Below the pieces are notes generated by a model. The model was not told the origin of the DNA and did no database searches. It was given only the letters and a program-made list of their open reading frames with translations. Shown here piece by piece: positions 27,353-37,566 of a DNA stretch of 47,697 bases. The stretch spans positions 1 to 47,697 of the forward strand of contig CAYXLS010000001.1 in NCBI GenBank assembly GCA_964464785.1, in the 5' to 3' direction. The stretch's first letter is position 1, and each line of letters begins with the position of its first letter. The position numbers and the translations under genes were made by a program. This stretch comes from an uncultured Gammaproteobacteria bacterium. GTDB taxonomy: Bacteria > Patescibacteriota > Microgenomatia > UBA12405.

Positions 27353-29043
27353 TTGAGAGTTATTAAATAATAAGACAAATTATCTTCAAAAATTGTTTTT
27401 TCAGTATCAATTACCTCTATATCTACGTTTTTATTATTTTTTATTAGTTCATATTCATTTTGGTTTATGACAAACAAACAACTGGAACAATTTTCTTTTA
27501 GAGAATTTATATTACTCCAATCAATTTGGCCAAAATAATATTTATCGTTGGCTTGTAATCCTGAAAAAAATGTTGAAGTTTCAGATATTAATGATTTTGT
27601 TGGTGCAGAATAATTTTTGGTAGATTTATATTGAGTGTAGTAAAGGAAAAAAGGAAGCATCGATTCATCTCGACTACTATAATAGATTTTTGAAAAATTA
27701 TTTTTTTGTTGTTGTGAAGACATAATTATCTCTTTTATACCAGTATGCCAATATCTGGCGGAAATTAGAGGATAGCGATAATTATAACTAAACCAAAAAT
27801 ATGAAAAATTAAAAATAAAAAAAAGAATTAAGAATAAAAATAAATACTTTGATAATTTAAAAATTTTTTCATATCCATAAGATAAAAAATAAATTAAACT
27901 TGGTAGCATTAAAATCAACCTGGTTGCGTGGGCAGAATTTGAGTCACGAGTTAAAGAATAAGGTATGGGTGCAAATAAAAGTAAAAGAATAAAAAAAGAT
28001 GAGAATTTAGAGTTTATTTTAAGTGAATAAATAATACCTAATAAAATAATAAATATATCAAAATAGAAAAAATATCCTTGTGTACCAAAACCTTGTCTTA
28101 GATTAGAATCACCTTTAAATACTAAAAAATCCATTGAAAATGAAGAAAAATAATTTTTTAAGAAAGTTCTAGATACTAAAGTTAATTTGTTATTAAAAAA
28201 TTTTGATAAAAAACTAGGAGAAACACCGATAGACCCATAATTAGTTATTAAAATATCGGAATATCGTTCATAATCAACTCTGGCTGAGAGTGTTGGATCG
28301 GAAAAAATATTTATATATGAAAAACGATTGTTAGATTTGGTAAATAAAGTACTGTGTATTAAGGGTAATAAGGTAACAAAACAAAATATAATTGGTAATA
28401 ATAGATTTTTAATAGGAATTTTGAATAAAGTTTTTTTCCATACTACTAAAATACTTAGAAAAATAAAAAATATAAAAAGTTTTGCCGTGCTATAAAAGTA
28501 TGGTGTTAGAGAAAAACTTATTAAAGACAAAGATAATAATTTATTATTTTTTGTTCTTAAAAATTTACTTAAAAATAATATTCCTAATATAAAAAATAAT
28601 AACATTCCAGTGATAGATTCAAAATTTGTTCGGCTATAATGAATGTGCCAGGGTGACAAACTAATAAATAAAAGTGAAATCAAAGATAATCTATTAGATT
28701 TAGTAATTTGTAAAATCGATAAATAAAAAAATATTAAGGAAAGTATTCCAAAAATTATTGAAGGCAATTTGAGGCTATAAATATTAATTCCTATTAGTTT
28801 TTGAAATAAAGATACCGGTAAGATTGAAAATGGGGTATGCCAGTCAGAATATGATTGAAAAAATATAGGAAATTTATTACCAAAATAATCAGTAAAAGTT
28901 CTATTGAAAGTTATTGCTTGATAGCCAATATCTACTTCGTCGGAAAATATTGATGGAGGTATTTTTGATAGGTTAGATAATCTTAAAAATATTGCTAGTA
29001 GAATAATTGATATAACAGTAATTATATGTATCTTGTTTTTCAT
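27349..29043 (-). CDS. GT-C fold membrane glycosyltransferase, ArnT/PMT type, paralog 3
   Basis: 564 aa. FSDEVDIGYQAITFNRTFTDYFG, FQSYSDWHTP, SLKLPS and SPWHIHYSRTNFE. Confidence 0.7.
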   Translation of the reverse strand: MKNKIHIITVISIILLAIFLRLSNLSKIPPSIFSDEVDIGYQAITFNRTFTDYFGNKFPIFFQSYSDWHTPFSILPVSLFQKLIGINIYSLKLPSIIFGILSLIFFYLSILQITKSNRLSLISLLFISLSPWHIHYSRTNFESITGMLLFFILGILFLSKFLRTKNNKLLSLSLISFSLTPYFYSTAKLFIFFIFLSILVVWKKTLFKIPIKNLLLPIIFCFVTLLPLIHSTLFTKSNNRFSYINIFSDPTLSARVDYERYSDILITNYGSIGVSPSFLSKFFNNKLTLVSRTFLKNYFSSFSMDFLVFKGDSNLRQGFGTQGYFFYFDIFIILLGIIYSLKINSKFSSFFILLLLFAPIPYSLTRDSNSAHATRLILMLPSLIYFLSYGYEKIFKLSKYLFLFLILFFIFNFSYFWFSYNYRYPLISARYWHTGIKEIIMSSQQQKNNFSKIYYSSRDESMLPFFLYYTQYKSTKNYSAPTKSLISETSTFFSGLQANDKYYFGQIDWSNINSLKENCSSCLFVINQNEYELIKNNKNVDIEVIDTEKTIFEDNLSYYLITLK

Positions 29044-29044
29044 T

Positions 29045-30694
29045 TTATTTGGTATGTAGTAGGTAAATAGCTGGTTCTGGTTTCGATTTATTAGGATAAT
29101 AAATAATATAGTCTGGTTTTATGTCTCTAAATTCATCAGGACGACCAATAATTAGTGTATTAGACAATTGACTGTCACTAGGGATATTAATTTCTCTAAA
29201 AATAAATTTATCTAATGAATATTCTCCGAGTTGGTCTAAAAAAGAAAGATTTTTTGATTCATATTCTAGCCAATTTACAGTATTCGATTGAGTAATTTTT
29301 GGATTTATTTTTTGAAAAAATGTGACATACGATTGAGGTTCAGAAAGTTTTCGGGAATAAATTATTTGATTAGATGATGTTTTTTTAATAATTTCATTGG
29401 CTTCACGATGGCCAAAAAGCATACCAGAGGCAAGTATCTGATTACCTTGATAAAAATATCTAATTAAAAAAGATAAATTAAAAAATAAAAATATTAATCC
29501 TAAAATTGTTAATAAATATGGTTTTAGATTAATCGATACATTATTTAAAAAAGTTACTAAACCATACGCAGAAATTATTTGTAAAAAAGGCATCATTAAA
29601 GAAACTCTATTACCAGAATACTGACCTTTAGCAATTGAGGCAATAAATGGTGGAATTAGAATGATGGAAAATAAAAAAAATAGATTATTAATATTTTTGG
29701 AATCTTTCTTTTGAAAAATATAAATAATGCTTAATAATAGACCTAAAGTTGGGATAATACCTAAGACTCCAAAACCAGGAATCATGCCATAAGTGGTTTC
29801 CCCAGCTCCTTGTGTTATTAAAAATTGAGGAGAAAAATAAGATAAATAACTTTGAGAAAAAATTTCATAGATATAAACAATTTTGTTATAAACAAGTCGA
29901 GTTATAATTTTTGGTAAACCATTTTGAGAAATTTCATATTGAGCGTTTGAGACTTGTTGCCAGTTATCAGTTGGGTTGAAAATGGCAATATCTTTTGTTC
30001 GATTTATTTTAATTTGATTATTTTGATAAAAATTTAATAATAAAAATAAACTAAAAAATATAGTTGGAAGTATAAAAACCTTTTTTGGTTGGTATTTTTT
30101 TTGAAAAAATATTAATAAGATTAATAATATAGGAGTGAATATTTTGGCACTATGATATGTAAAAAGGCTTAATCCAAAAAAAAGTGAAGAAAACACATAA
30201 AGTGTGATTGATTTGTTCTCGTTGGCTTTTAGATATAAGTATGTTGCTAATGCAATAATAAACACTACTAAATTAGCTTCTAGAGCAATTCTTGACATTG
30301 GAAGAGCCCATGGAGATATAGCCATAAAAAGTGTGCTTAAAAGAGAAATTGAATAATCTTTAAACAATTTTTGAGAAATGAGAAAAGTAAAAAGAAGTGT
30401 AAAAATAGATAATAATGCATTGGGGAAACGAACAGCAAATGGGGTTAGGCTAAAAATTTTTATTGAAGGAATTAAAAGTAGGGTTTGTAGTGGTGGTTTG
30501 TAGTCGCCAAATGAACGTAAATTTAACCAATTAGTGCTACCCCACTCATCGGCTCCAGTTGAGAGAATGGAATAAGCACTATATCCTTGGGCTAATTCAT
30601 CAGGTGTATATGAGTTTGGAATTGATCCAAGTTTGTATAACCTAAGGAAAGCCCCAAGAATAATGATTAAAATTAAAATTACTTTTGTTTTCAT
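29045..30694 (-). CDS. GT-C fold membrane glycosyltransferase, ArnT/PMT type, paralog 2
   Basis: 549 aa. TPDELAQGYSAYSILSTGADEWG, LRSFGDYKPPLQT, AVRFPN and SPWALPMSRIALE. Confidence 0.75.
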   Translation of the reverse strand: MKTKVILILIIILGAFLRLYKLGSIPNSYTPDELAQGYSAYSILSTGADEWGSTNWLNLRSFGDYKPPLQTLLLIPSIKIFSLTPFAVRFPNALLSIFTLLFTFLISQKLFKDYSISLLSTLFMAISPWALPMSRIALEANLVVFIIALATYLYLKANENKSITLYVFSSLFFGLSLFTYHSAKIFTPILLILLIFFQKKYQPKKVFILPTIFFSLFLLLNFYQNNQIKINRTKDIAIFNPTDNWQQVSNAQYEISQNGLPKIITRLVYNKIVYIYEIFSQSYLSYFSPQFLITQGAGETTYGMIPGFGVLGIIPTLGLLLSIIYIFQKKDSKNINNLFFLFSIILIPPFIASIAKGQYSGNRVSLMMPFLQIISAYGLVTFLNNVSINLKPYLLTILGLIFLFFNLSFLIRYFYQGNQILASGMLFGHREANEIIKKTSSNQIIYSRKLSEPQSYVTFFQKINPKITQSNTVNWLEYESKNLSFLDQLGEYSLDKFIFREINIPSDSQLSNTLIIGRPDEFRDIKPDYIIYYPNKSKPEPAIYLLHTK

Positions 30695-32364
30695 AATTTT
30701 TGAATTATTTGAGCCAAAATGGTGTTGTTGGGATTGTATACGGTTTTAATTGTTTTAAATCCATCTAAATATTTTTTTGTAAAATCCATGTCTCCTGGGA
30801 TATCAAAACCTTGAAATAATAAAAATATATCCCCGGGTTGAGCAATTTGATTAACTGCGGATAAATGATCATTTTGTTTATAGTCATTTATAAAAAATAT
30901 ATTTTTGTAAAGTTTAAATCCTGATAACCCTGAAATTATATTATTAATATTATTATCATCTAGAAAACCATTGTTGGTAGAATATTTTTGATAAAAAGTA
31001 AAAGGTAATAAAGAATTGTACAAAGCATTGCTAATATAAATGTTTTTGTTTGTTTTTGGAATATTTTGGAATAACTCTTTATAACCATAATTCCAGACTT
31101 CAAAAGAATCTTTAGGATAATGAATAAAATATTCATGTGAGTAGCCAATAATTTGAATAATTAAAAAAAGGCTTAAAATAAATAAAAAAAATTTAACAAA
31201 AATATTTTTTAATAAAAAGCTTTTTTGTAATCCAAGAGCAGTGAAATATGACAATGGAACAATCATAATAAATAGTCTAGTAGCATGGGTACTGCCATCG
31301 ATAGTTAGAGATGATGCTATTGGTGCAATTAAAAACCAAAAAAACATTAATTTATTTAATTTATCCTTAAAATCAAGCTGAAAAATACCATAGAGGAGGA
31401 ATGGTAAATAGGAAAGGAAAATTAGTCCAAAATTTGGAATAGTGTGTCGATAATTTATTTGATCACCATATATAAAAAGAAAAGATAAAGAAAAAGAAGA
31501 AATATAATTTTTTGTAAATTCTCCTCCCCAAGCAGTGGCTTTATTGTGGAAAATAACTTCTATTTTAGGAGAAATAGCTGAAAAAGAGGTCCTTTTTTCA
31601 ATAATTTGGTTAATAATATTTTGATTATTAAAAATACTGATAAGATTGAAACGATTAGCGGCAGTGCCAAAAAATATTTGTAACGATAAAGGTAATATTA
31701 ATAATAAAAATAAAATTAAAGATATCAAAAAATTTTTAAATTTAATTTTAGAAATAAAATTTTTTAAATTAGTAACAATAATAGTAATAATAATTAAAGG
31801 AACAAAAATATTAGCGATGTTGTAGGTATAAAAACTAAGACAAAATATAAATATAGATAAATAGAGATATTTATTTTTACCAAAGTTTAAAAATTTATAG
31901 AAGAAAAATATTCCAGTTAGAATTAGTGATAGAAGTAAAGTAACTTCAAAAGAGGTACGACTATAATGAAAATGCCAAGGAGTAAAAGATAAGGCTATAG
32001 AGCCATAAAAAGCGAGAGTGCTAGATTTTGATAATAGTGATACTAGTTTATAAAAAATATATATACTAAAAACACCAAATAATATTGAGGGAAAACGCAC
32101 CCCAACTTCATTTAATCCAAGTAAAGCTATACTTGGTACAGTAGTATAAATTAATAAAGGAGCGCGTGACTCAGATAAAGATTGAATATAGGTAGGTAAA
32201 AAATTACCTTTATAATCGTGACCATTTTGAAATAAAGAATAGGCTTGATAACCGACATCAATTTCGTCTCCAAACAAACTTAGAGTATCTATTTTATAAA
32301 TTCGTAAAAAAAAAGTGATTAAAAGAAGTATAATTAAAGGCCAGTTTAATTTTTTAAATTTCAC
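30691..32364 (-). CDS. GT-C fold membrane glycosyltransferase, ArnT/PMT type, paralog 1
   Basis: 557 aa. FGDEIDVGYQAYSLFQNGHDYKG, GVRFPS and TPWHFHYSRTSFE. Confidence 0.7.
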   Translation of the reverse strand: MKFKKLNWPLIILLLITFFLRIYKIDTLSLFGDEIDVGYQAYSLFQNGHDYKGNFLPTYIQSLSESRAPLLIYTTVPSIALLGLNEVGVRFPSILFGVFSIYIFYKLVSLLSKSSTLAFYGSIALSFTPWHFHYSRTSFEVTLLLSLILTGIFFFYKFLNFGKNKYLYLSIFIFCLSFYTYNIANIFVPLIIITIIVTNLKNFISKIKFKNFLISLILFLLLILPLSLQIFFGTAANRFNLISIFNNQNIINQIIEKRTSFSAISPKIEVIFHNKATAWGGEFTKNYISSFSLSFLFIYGDQINYRHTIPNFGLIFLSYLPFLLYGIFQLDFKDKLNKLMFFWFLIAPIASSLTIDGSTHATRLFIMIVPLSYFTALGLQKSFLLKNIFVKFFLFILSLFLIIQIIGYSHEYFIHYPKDSFEVWNYGYKELFQNIPKTNKNIYISNALYNSLLPFTFYQKYSTNNGFLDDNNINNIISGLSGFKLYKNIFFINDYKQNDHLSAVNQIAQPGDIFLLFQGFDIPGDMDFTKKYLDGFKTIKTVYNPNNTILAQIIQKL

Positions 32365-33652
32365 TTTTTAAAAATTTAAAATAATATTTAAAACACATTA
32401 CTATAAGTATAAATGATAATAAACGGCAGATGACGGAATTGTTCCAATTTAAAAAGTTTTGTAAAAAGATTATTGAGGGATAATACCATAAATTGTAAAG
32501 ATTTAAAAAGTGAATTGTTGACAATAAAATTAATTGTTTTATTTTAATTTTGGTTTTTGGTAAGAAAAGTAATATGGTAATTAGTGGTAATATAGGGTAA
32601 AGATATCTTTCGTGCATATTAGTTAAAAAAATAAAACAGCCAAAAGCGCTGATAGTTAAAGACATAAATAAATTTATTAAGGTTAATTTGTTTTTAATAA
32701 ATTTAATCCAAACAGGAACTAAAAAAATAACATAAAGTAATCTTCCCCACAATTGATAAGTTAAACCAAAAAATTTGATATATTCAGAGTTTGAAAGATT
32801 GATACTAAATATAAGAGACCATAGATTAAAGGCATTTCCGTTTAACATACTACCCTGTCTATTTAAAACTCTATTGGTATACATATACCAAATCCATTGC
32901 AAAGGATTAAAACCGTCTAATGTGAATGGAATTACTAAAAGATATATGAAAAGTAAAAAAATAAAGGTAGGTAAAATATATTTTTTCCAATCTTTAATTC
33001 TTTTTACAAAAATAAGTCCAAAAATTGGTAAATAAATTATTAATGAAAGTTTAAAAAGAAAAGTTGTTAAAAATAAAATAATTCCTAAGAAGTATTTTTT
33101 TTGAAAAACTAAATATAATCCTAAAATTGCTAATAAATTAATTAAAGAATCAGTCTGTCCCCAAATGGTAGAATTGTAAATTAGAACTGGATTAAATAAA
33201 AAAAGATTGGCAGCAAAAAGAGCTTTTTTTGGGTTTATTTTTAACACTATTTTGTAAATTAAAAAACCAAGACCGATATCGGAAAAAATAAAAGGAAGCT
33301 TAACCATCCATGCATGTATATTTGCTTCAATATAAGGGATAATGAATGAGGGGAAAAAGGAAAATGTTTGATTTAAGGTTTGGATAATATTAAAAACTAA
33401 GTTTTTAATTAGGGCAGAAAAAGCAAATAGTAATATTGTGCCAATCGGTTGATTAGGCCAAGAAACTGACCAAAAAATATTTTCATAGAACTTTTTAGGG
33501 CCTAAGTCTAAAAATCTAATACCCCAATCGATGTGATTAAGAAGATCTGGATGCCAATGAAAAAAAATAAGTAAAAAAAGACGTAATATAAAAGCGATGA
33601 GTAAAATATTAGTTATCTTTGAAAATGTTTTTGCCATTTTTGACCAGACCAA
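32354..33652 (-). CDS. Polytopic membrane protein, probable GT-C glycosyltransferase of the Gpi18/PIG-V / DUF2029-like (COG5542) type
   Basis: 432 aa and almost entirely hydrophobic helices. First-loop motif HPDLLNHIDWGIRFLDLGPKKFY...WPNQPIG resembles the D...W...G...FY...YPP pattern of these mannosyltransferase-like families. The specific family call is tentative. Confidence 0.45.
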   Translation of the reverse strand: MVWSKMAKTFSKITNILLIAFILRLFLLIFFHWHPDLLNHIDWGIRFLDLGPKKFYENIFWSVSWPNQPIGTILLFAFSALIKNLVFNIIQTLNQTFSFFPSFIIPYIEANIHAWMVKLPFIFSDIGLGFLIYKIVLKINPKKALFAANLFLFNPVLIYNSTIWGQTDSLINLLAILGLYLVFQKKYFLGIILFLTTFLFKLSLIIYLPIFGLIFVKRIKDWKKYILPTFIFLLFIYLLVIPFTLDGFNPLQWIWYMYTNRVLNRQGSMLNGNAFNLWSLIFSINLSNSEYIKFFGLTYQLWGRLLYVIFLVPVWIKFIKNKLTLINLFMSLTISAFGCFIFLTNMHERYLYPILPLITILLFLPKTKIKIKQLILLSTIHFLNLYNLWYYPSIIFLQNFLNWNNSVICRLLSFILIVMCFKYYFKFLKSEI

Positions 33653-34413
33653 ATAATAAAATATAAAAAATAATGTTTAAATAGGCCGTGAAATTTTTTA
33701 CTACTGGGGACGAGACGTCGCCATTGATTATTAGTATCAATTATGTTTTTTCCACTAGTACCATGATAATGAATAATTTGACATGTTGGATAGTAAACAA
33801 TTTTTTTACCGCTTTTAATTACTTGACGACAGAGATCCATATCTTCATAGTAAAAAAAATATTTTTCATTCCATTTACCGATATATTCAAAATATTTTTT
33901 ATTGATGGCAATACAACCTCCGGAAATAAAACTAACTAAGCTTGGTTTATCACTTTTTGGTATGTATTTTGAATAAGCATTTCTACAAAGCCAAAATTCT
34001 TTAAAAGCGTTTAGACAGGTTTGTGGAGGGAAAACTGATGCTTGAGGTGACATATCGGGATTTAGGAATTTGGGTCCGATTAAACCTATCTTTTTATTTT
34101 TTTTAAGATAATTAATCATTTCTAATAAAGTTTTGTCAATTAGTTCTATGTCAGAATTCATAAAAACAATATATTCTGATGTGGCTGATTTTAGACCAAT
34201 ATTATTAGCTTTAGCAAAACCGTAATTATTATCTAATAATACATATTTGATATTTGGTATTTTTAGATTTTTGAGAATGTCTATAGTTTCATCGCTTGAA
34301 CCATTGTCAACGATAATTATTTCATTATTTGGAATATATTTATCTATGGATTTGATACATTTTTGAGTGATTTTTGCGGTATTCCAGGTGGGAATTATAA
34401 TTGAAAATCTCAT
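33613..34413 (-). CDS. Family 2 glycosyltransferase (COG1216 type)
   Basis: 266 aa. FSIIIPTWNTAKIT, IVDNGSSDET, FMNSDIE and YEDMDLC. The 40-nt overlap with the next gene makes that gene's start uncertain. Confidence 0.8.
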   Translation of the reverse strand: MRFSIIIPTWNTAKITQKCIKSIDKYIPNNEIIIVDNGSSDETIDILKNLKIPNIKYVLLDNNYGFAKANNIGLKSATSEYIVFMNSDIELIDKTLLEMINYLKKNKKIGLIGPKFLNPDMSPQASVFPPQTCLNAFKEFWLCRNAYSKYIPKSDKPSLVSFISGGCIAINKKYFEYIGKWNEKYFFYYEDMDLCRQVIKSGKKIVYYPTCQIIHYHGTSGKNIIDTNNQWRRLVPSSKKFHGLFKHYFLYFIIWSGQKWQKHFQR

Positions 34414-34417
34414 GTTG

Positions 34418-36682
34418 TTATACTGATTTGTTTTTGTATTTTTTAAAAATAATTAACCAAACTAAAAAAGTAAAACTAGAAATATAAAAACCGATATAAA
34501 ATGGTTTTGGTTTGTAAATAAATTCTACATTATTTTCCCCTTTTGGAATGTTTATTAATCGATAAATGTTTAAATACTTATTTATTGGTATTTCTTTATT
34601 GTTGATATAAGCTTTCCACCCAGGATACCAGGTGTCTCTTAAAATAAGGGTAGATTCATTATCGGTAGTGTTGGTAATAAATTTTATTCTATTTGATGAA
34701 TAATTTAGGTTAGAATAAGAACCTTGACCAGATTTATTAATGATTTCAACTCTGGGTTTTAAATTTTTATTTTCTAAAATACTTGTACTTTTGTATCTAA
34801 ATACTTCATTCCAGTTATCAGTATTTACTTTATGATTAAAATGATCACCGTCAGGAGAGATTACGTCTTGCTTATTATAGTTTAAAACTAAAAGATATTT
34901 TACGTTCCCTTCTCCAAGTGAATTAGAATCATAATTATCTATTTCTGAATATCTTGAAGAACTACCTTTACCTTGCATATTTATTTTGTTTTGAAAGAAA
35001 ATAGAGTATTCTTTTAAGGCCATTGGATCATAGCCTGAGGTGCTCTGAAGTTCATAAAATGACCATACATTTGGAGTCATTAATGGACCTTTTTCTTTTT
35101 CAATACGAAAAATAGATTTATCTGTTTTTAAAAATTTAGTTATATTAGTTTCTGGGTAAAGATATTCTTTTGATGTAAAGGGAAGATATTTCCACCCAAA
35201 TCTAAATAAATCAATAATTATAATTAAAATTAATATAATATTTTTCGCCTTAAAATTTTTAACAAATACTAAAATAATAGAAATTGTTATAGAAATTAAT
35301 AATGGAATTACTAAATTTCTCATGGCTATATAATAATTATTTTGATATCTAATAAGAGCCGGCGAGTTTTTGTAATTTAAATAGGTAGAGATGATAATAA
35401 AAACAAAATAAAATATATATATCCAATAATATTTAATATATTTTTTTAAACTGTGTATAGCTAAATTTTTAAAAAAATAAGTCACAAGAATACTTATACT
35501 AAAAGTATAGATAAAAGCTAATCTACCGGCTGCACTAGTCGAAATTAATGGTAACTTTAATTTATATATTAATTTCCCAAAGAATGTATCATAAATAAAT
35601 AATAACGAAATAAGAGTGGTATAGAAAAAGAATTTTTCAATTTTTAGCTTTTTGAAGTTAAATATACAAAATAAAATAGCAAATACAGTCAAAACACCAG
35701 TATAGATTATGGTTTCGTGATAGTTAAAATTACCCCAAAAGTTAAATGTAGTCGGATTTCCAAAATAATCGGGAGCAAATAGGGTGACAATTCTATCTAA
35801 AGATAATAAACCGTAATTATATTCTGATATGTAATTTTCATCGAATCTTACAGAATATTTTCCCATTTCCATTGTAGGTAATAGTTGAATAGACATTAAT
35901 AAAATACCCAATAAAACTGTTATTGTATACCAAAATATAGTTATTAATTTTTTAAATGATTTTTGATTAAAGTATTTATATATAAAATAAATACCAGAAA
36001 TAATTAATCCATAAACTAATGCTTGTAAGTGTCCAGAAGTCATCATTAAAAAATATAATATTGAAAGATATAAAATATGTTTGATTTTTTTAGTTTTAAA
36101 AAAGTTTTCAATACATAAAAAAATTAATGGTAACCAAATCATTGCAAAACCAGCTGTAACAAACTGTGACCAAGTAATCATAAAACCACTAAAGGCATAT
36201 GTAATTGTTCCTGCCAAAGTGGCAAAAAAGCTATTTGGATATATTTTTTTTAAAAATAAATTCATTGTAAAACAGCTAAATAGAAATTGAGATATTACTA
36301 AAAGTGTCCAACCATTAGCATCTCCAAAAAATAACATTAATAAATTAAACGGGTTAAGTACTCCGGAATGAAAATTTGCAAATAGAGGGTATCCAGAATA
36401 AGAATAAATATTCCATAAAGGGAATCTTAAACTTTTAAAAGAATTAATAATTATTTTTTTCCATACAAAAAATTGTGAAAAAACGTCGGAAATCAGAGGG
36501 TTTTTAATTGGAACATCAGTAACAAATCCACCCCATCTATGATCCATCCAAGGGAAATAGGCGCCTACTAACATATCACCAGGGAAAGGTATTTGTCCAA
36601 AAAATAAAGATTTATAAAAGAAAATAAAAACCAAAAAAATAATTAAAATAATCGAAAAATATTTTTTAAAAAAAATTATCAT
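34418..36682 (-). CDS. YfhO-family polytopic membrane protein (GT-C-like glycosyltransferase)
   Basis: 754 aa. N-terminus FPGDMLVGAYFPWMDHRWGG, many TM helices and a large C-terminal extracytoplasmic domain. That domain ends in RDTWYPGWKAYINNKEIPINKYLNIYRLINIPKGENNVEFIYKP plus a final TM helix, which is the characteristic YfhO C-terminal signature. Confidence 0.65.
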   Translation of the reverse strand: MIIFFKKYFSIILIIFLVFIFFYKSLFFGQIPFPGDMLVGAYFPWMDHRWGGFVTDVPIKNPLISDVFSQFFVWKKIIINSFKSLRFPLWNIYSYSGYPLFANFHSGVLNPFNLLMLFFGDANGWTLLVISQFLFSCFTMNLFLKKIYPNSFFATLAGTITYAFSGFMITWSQFVTAGFAMIWLPLIFLCIENFFKTKKIKHILYLSILYFLMMTSGHLQALVYGLIISGIYFIYKYFNQKSFKKLITIFWYTITVLLGILLMSIQLLPTMEMGKYSVRFDENYISEYNYGLLSLDRIVTLFAPDYFGNPTTFNFWGNFNYHETIIYTGVLTVFAILFCIFNFKKLKIEKFFFYTTLISLLFIYDTFFGKLIYKLKLPLISTSAAGRLAFIYTFSISILVTYFFKNLAIHSLKKYIKYYWIYIFYFVFIIISTYLNYKNSPALIRYQNNYYIAMRNLVIPLLISITISIILVFVKNFKAKNIILILIIIIDLFRFGWKYLPFTSKEYLYPETNITKFLKTDKSIFRIEKEKGPLMTPNVWSFYELQSTSGYDPMALKEYSIFFQNKINMQGKGSSSRYSEIDNYDSNSLGEGNVKYLLVLNYNKQDVISPDGDHFNHKVNTDNWNEVFRYKSTSILENKNLKPRVEIINKSGQGSYSNLNYSSNRIKFITNTTDNESTLILRDTWYPGWKAYINNKEIPINKYLNIYRLINIPKGENNVEFIYKPKPFYIGFYISSFTFLVWLIIFKKYKNKSV

Positions 36683-37566
36683 TTCTCAAAAATTTTAAAA
36701 ATTTCTTTATCGGTTAGTGTGGGAAATATTATTGGAGGAGGAAATTTTTTTAGTTGCTTTTTGGCGGCACGTATTATTTTTATGTAATTAGGTCCGGTTA
36801 AGATTCGACCAATTGTAGCCAGTTTGTTTTGAAATAGCATATTGGGTGTATCAATAAGTCGCCAGGTGTTTAGAAGTCGATTACGTTCTTTAACATAGTT
36901 CAAAAGAGATTTTGAAAATTTTGACATAGTAATTTCATGGTGATGTTCAACAACACATTTTGGATCCCATAAACATATATAACCAGATTTCCATGCTCGA
37001 TAGCCAATGTCTAAATCTTCAGAATAAAAAGGTTTGTAGATAGGATCAAAACCTCCAAGTTTTTGAAATAAAGACTTTCGAATTATTGAACTTCCGCCGG
37101 AAACCCAACCAGAGATATGAGTTTTAGTAATTTTTTTTGTACCAGGTTCATGCTGAAGATAACCACCTTTGAACATAAATCTAGCCCAATTTTCATGGCC
37201 TTTTTCGGCAAAACCTACACCAAAAACATCTTTATTTTTAAAATGTTTAATTGATTGGTCTAAATAATTAGGATATGGAAATATGTCATTGTTTAACAAA
37301 ACGATCAAATCACCGTTTGATTTTTTTATAGCATCATTGGTATTGGCGCCAAAACCTAAATTTTTTTTGTGACTAAGAATTCTTAGTTTGGGATAATTTT
37401 GTTGGAGACTTTTTGTATATTTAATACTTTCATCGTGTGAGGAATCGTCAGCTAATATTATTTCTTGAGCCTGAGAACTGTTTTTAATTATTGTTTCTAA
37501 ATTTTTTTTAAGTAAATCTTGGCCATTCCAGTTCGTTATGATTACAGATATTTTCATATTAACCAA
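36679..37566 (-). CDS. Family 2 glycosyltransferase (COG1216 type)
   Basis: 295 aa. ISVIITNWNGQDLL, LADDSSHDES, LLNNDI and YSEDLDIGYR. The start could be the ATG of MKISVII, three codons in. Confidence 0.8.
   Translation of the reverse strand: MVNMKISVIITNWNGQDLLKKNLETIIKNSSQAQEIILADDSSHDESIKYTKSLQQNYPKLRILSHKKNLGFGANTNDAIKKSNGDLIVLLNNDIFPYPNYLDQSIKHFKNKDVFGVGFAEKGHENWARFMFKGGYLQHEPGTKKITKTHISGWVSGGSSIIRKSLFQKLGGFDPIYKPFYSEDLDIGYRAWKSGYICLWDPKCVVEHHHEITMSKFSKSLLNYVKERNRLLNTWRLIDTPNMLFQNKLATIGRILTGPNYIKIIRAAKKQLKKFPPPIIFPTLTDKEIFKIFEK

Larger units (their letters stand above)
20316..32364 (-). other. Tandem array of seven divergent ArnT/PMT-type GT-C paralogs plus one mini-paralog
   Basis: Eight head-to-tail ORFs with gaps of 0-1 nt or overlaps. 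All seven full-length copies share an aligned N-terminal block (x-D-E-x3-GY-x-AY-S...G, SFGDYKPP, VR-F/L-PS, SPW-HIH-SR) and a central Y-x3-F-x3-F-x3-G block. Confidence 0.8.

Noticed and set aside
20316-32364. Recent tandem amplification or DNA-level repeats in the GT-C array that could drive recombination or copy-number variation.
   Set aside because: The paralogs share only short conserved protein blocks. Even the identical peptide GYNAYSILKTGRDEWG in two copies is encoded by visibly different DNA. I saw no long nucleotide repeats.
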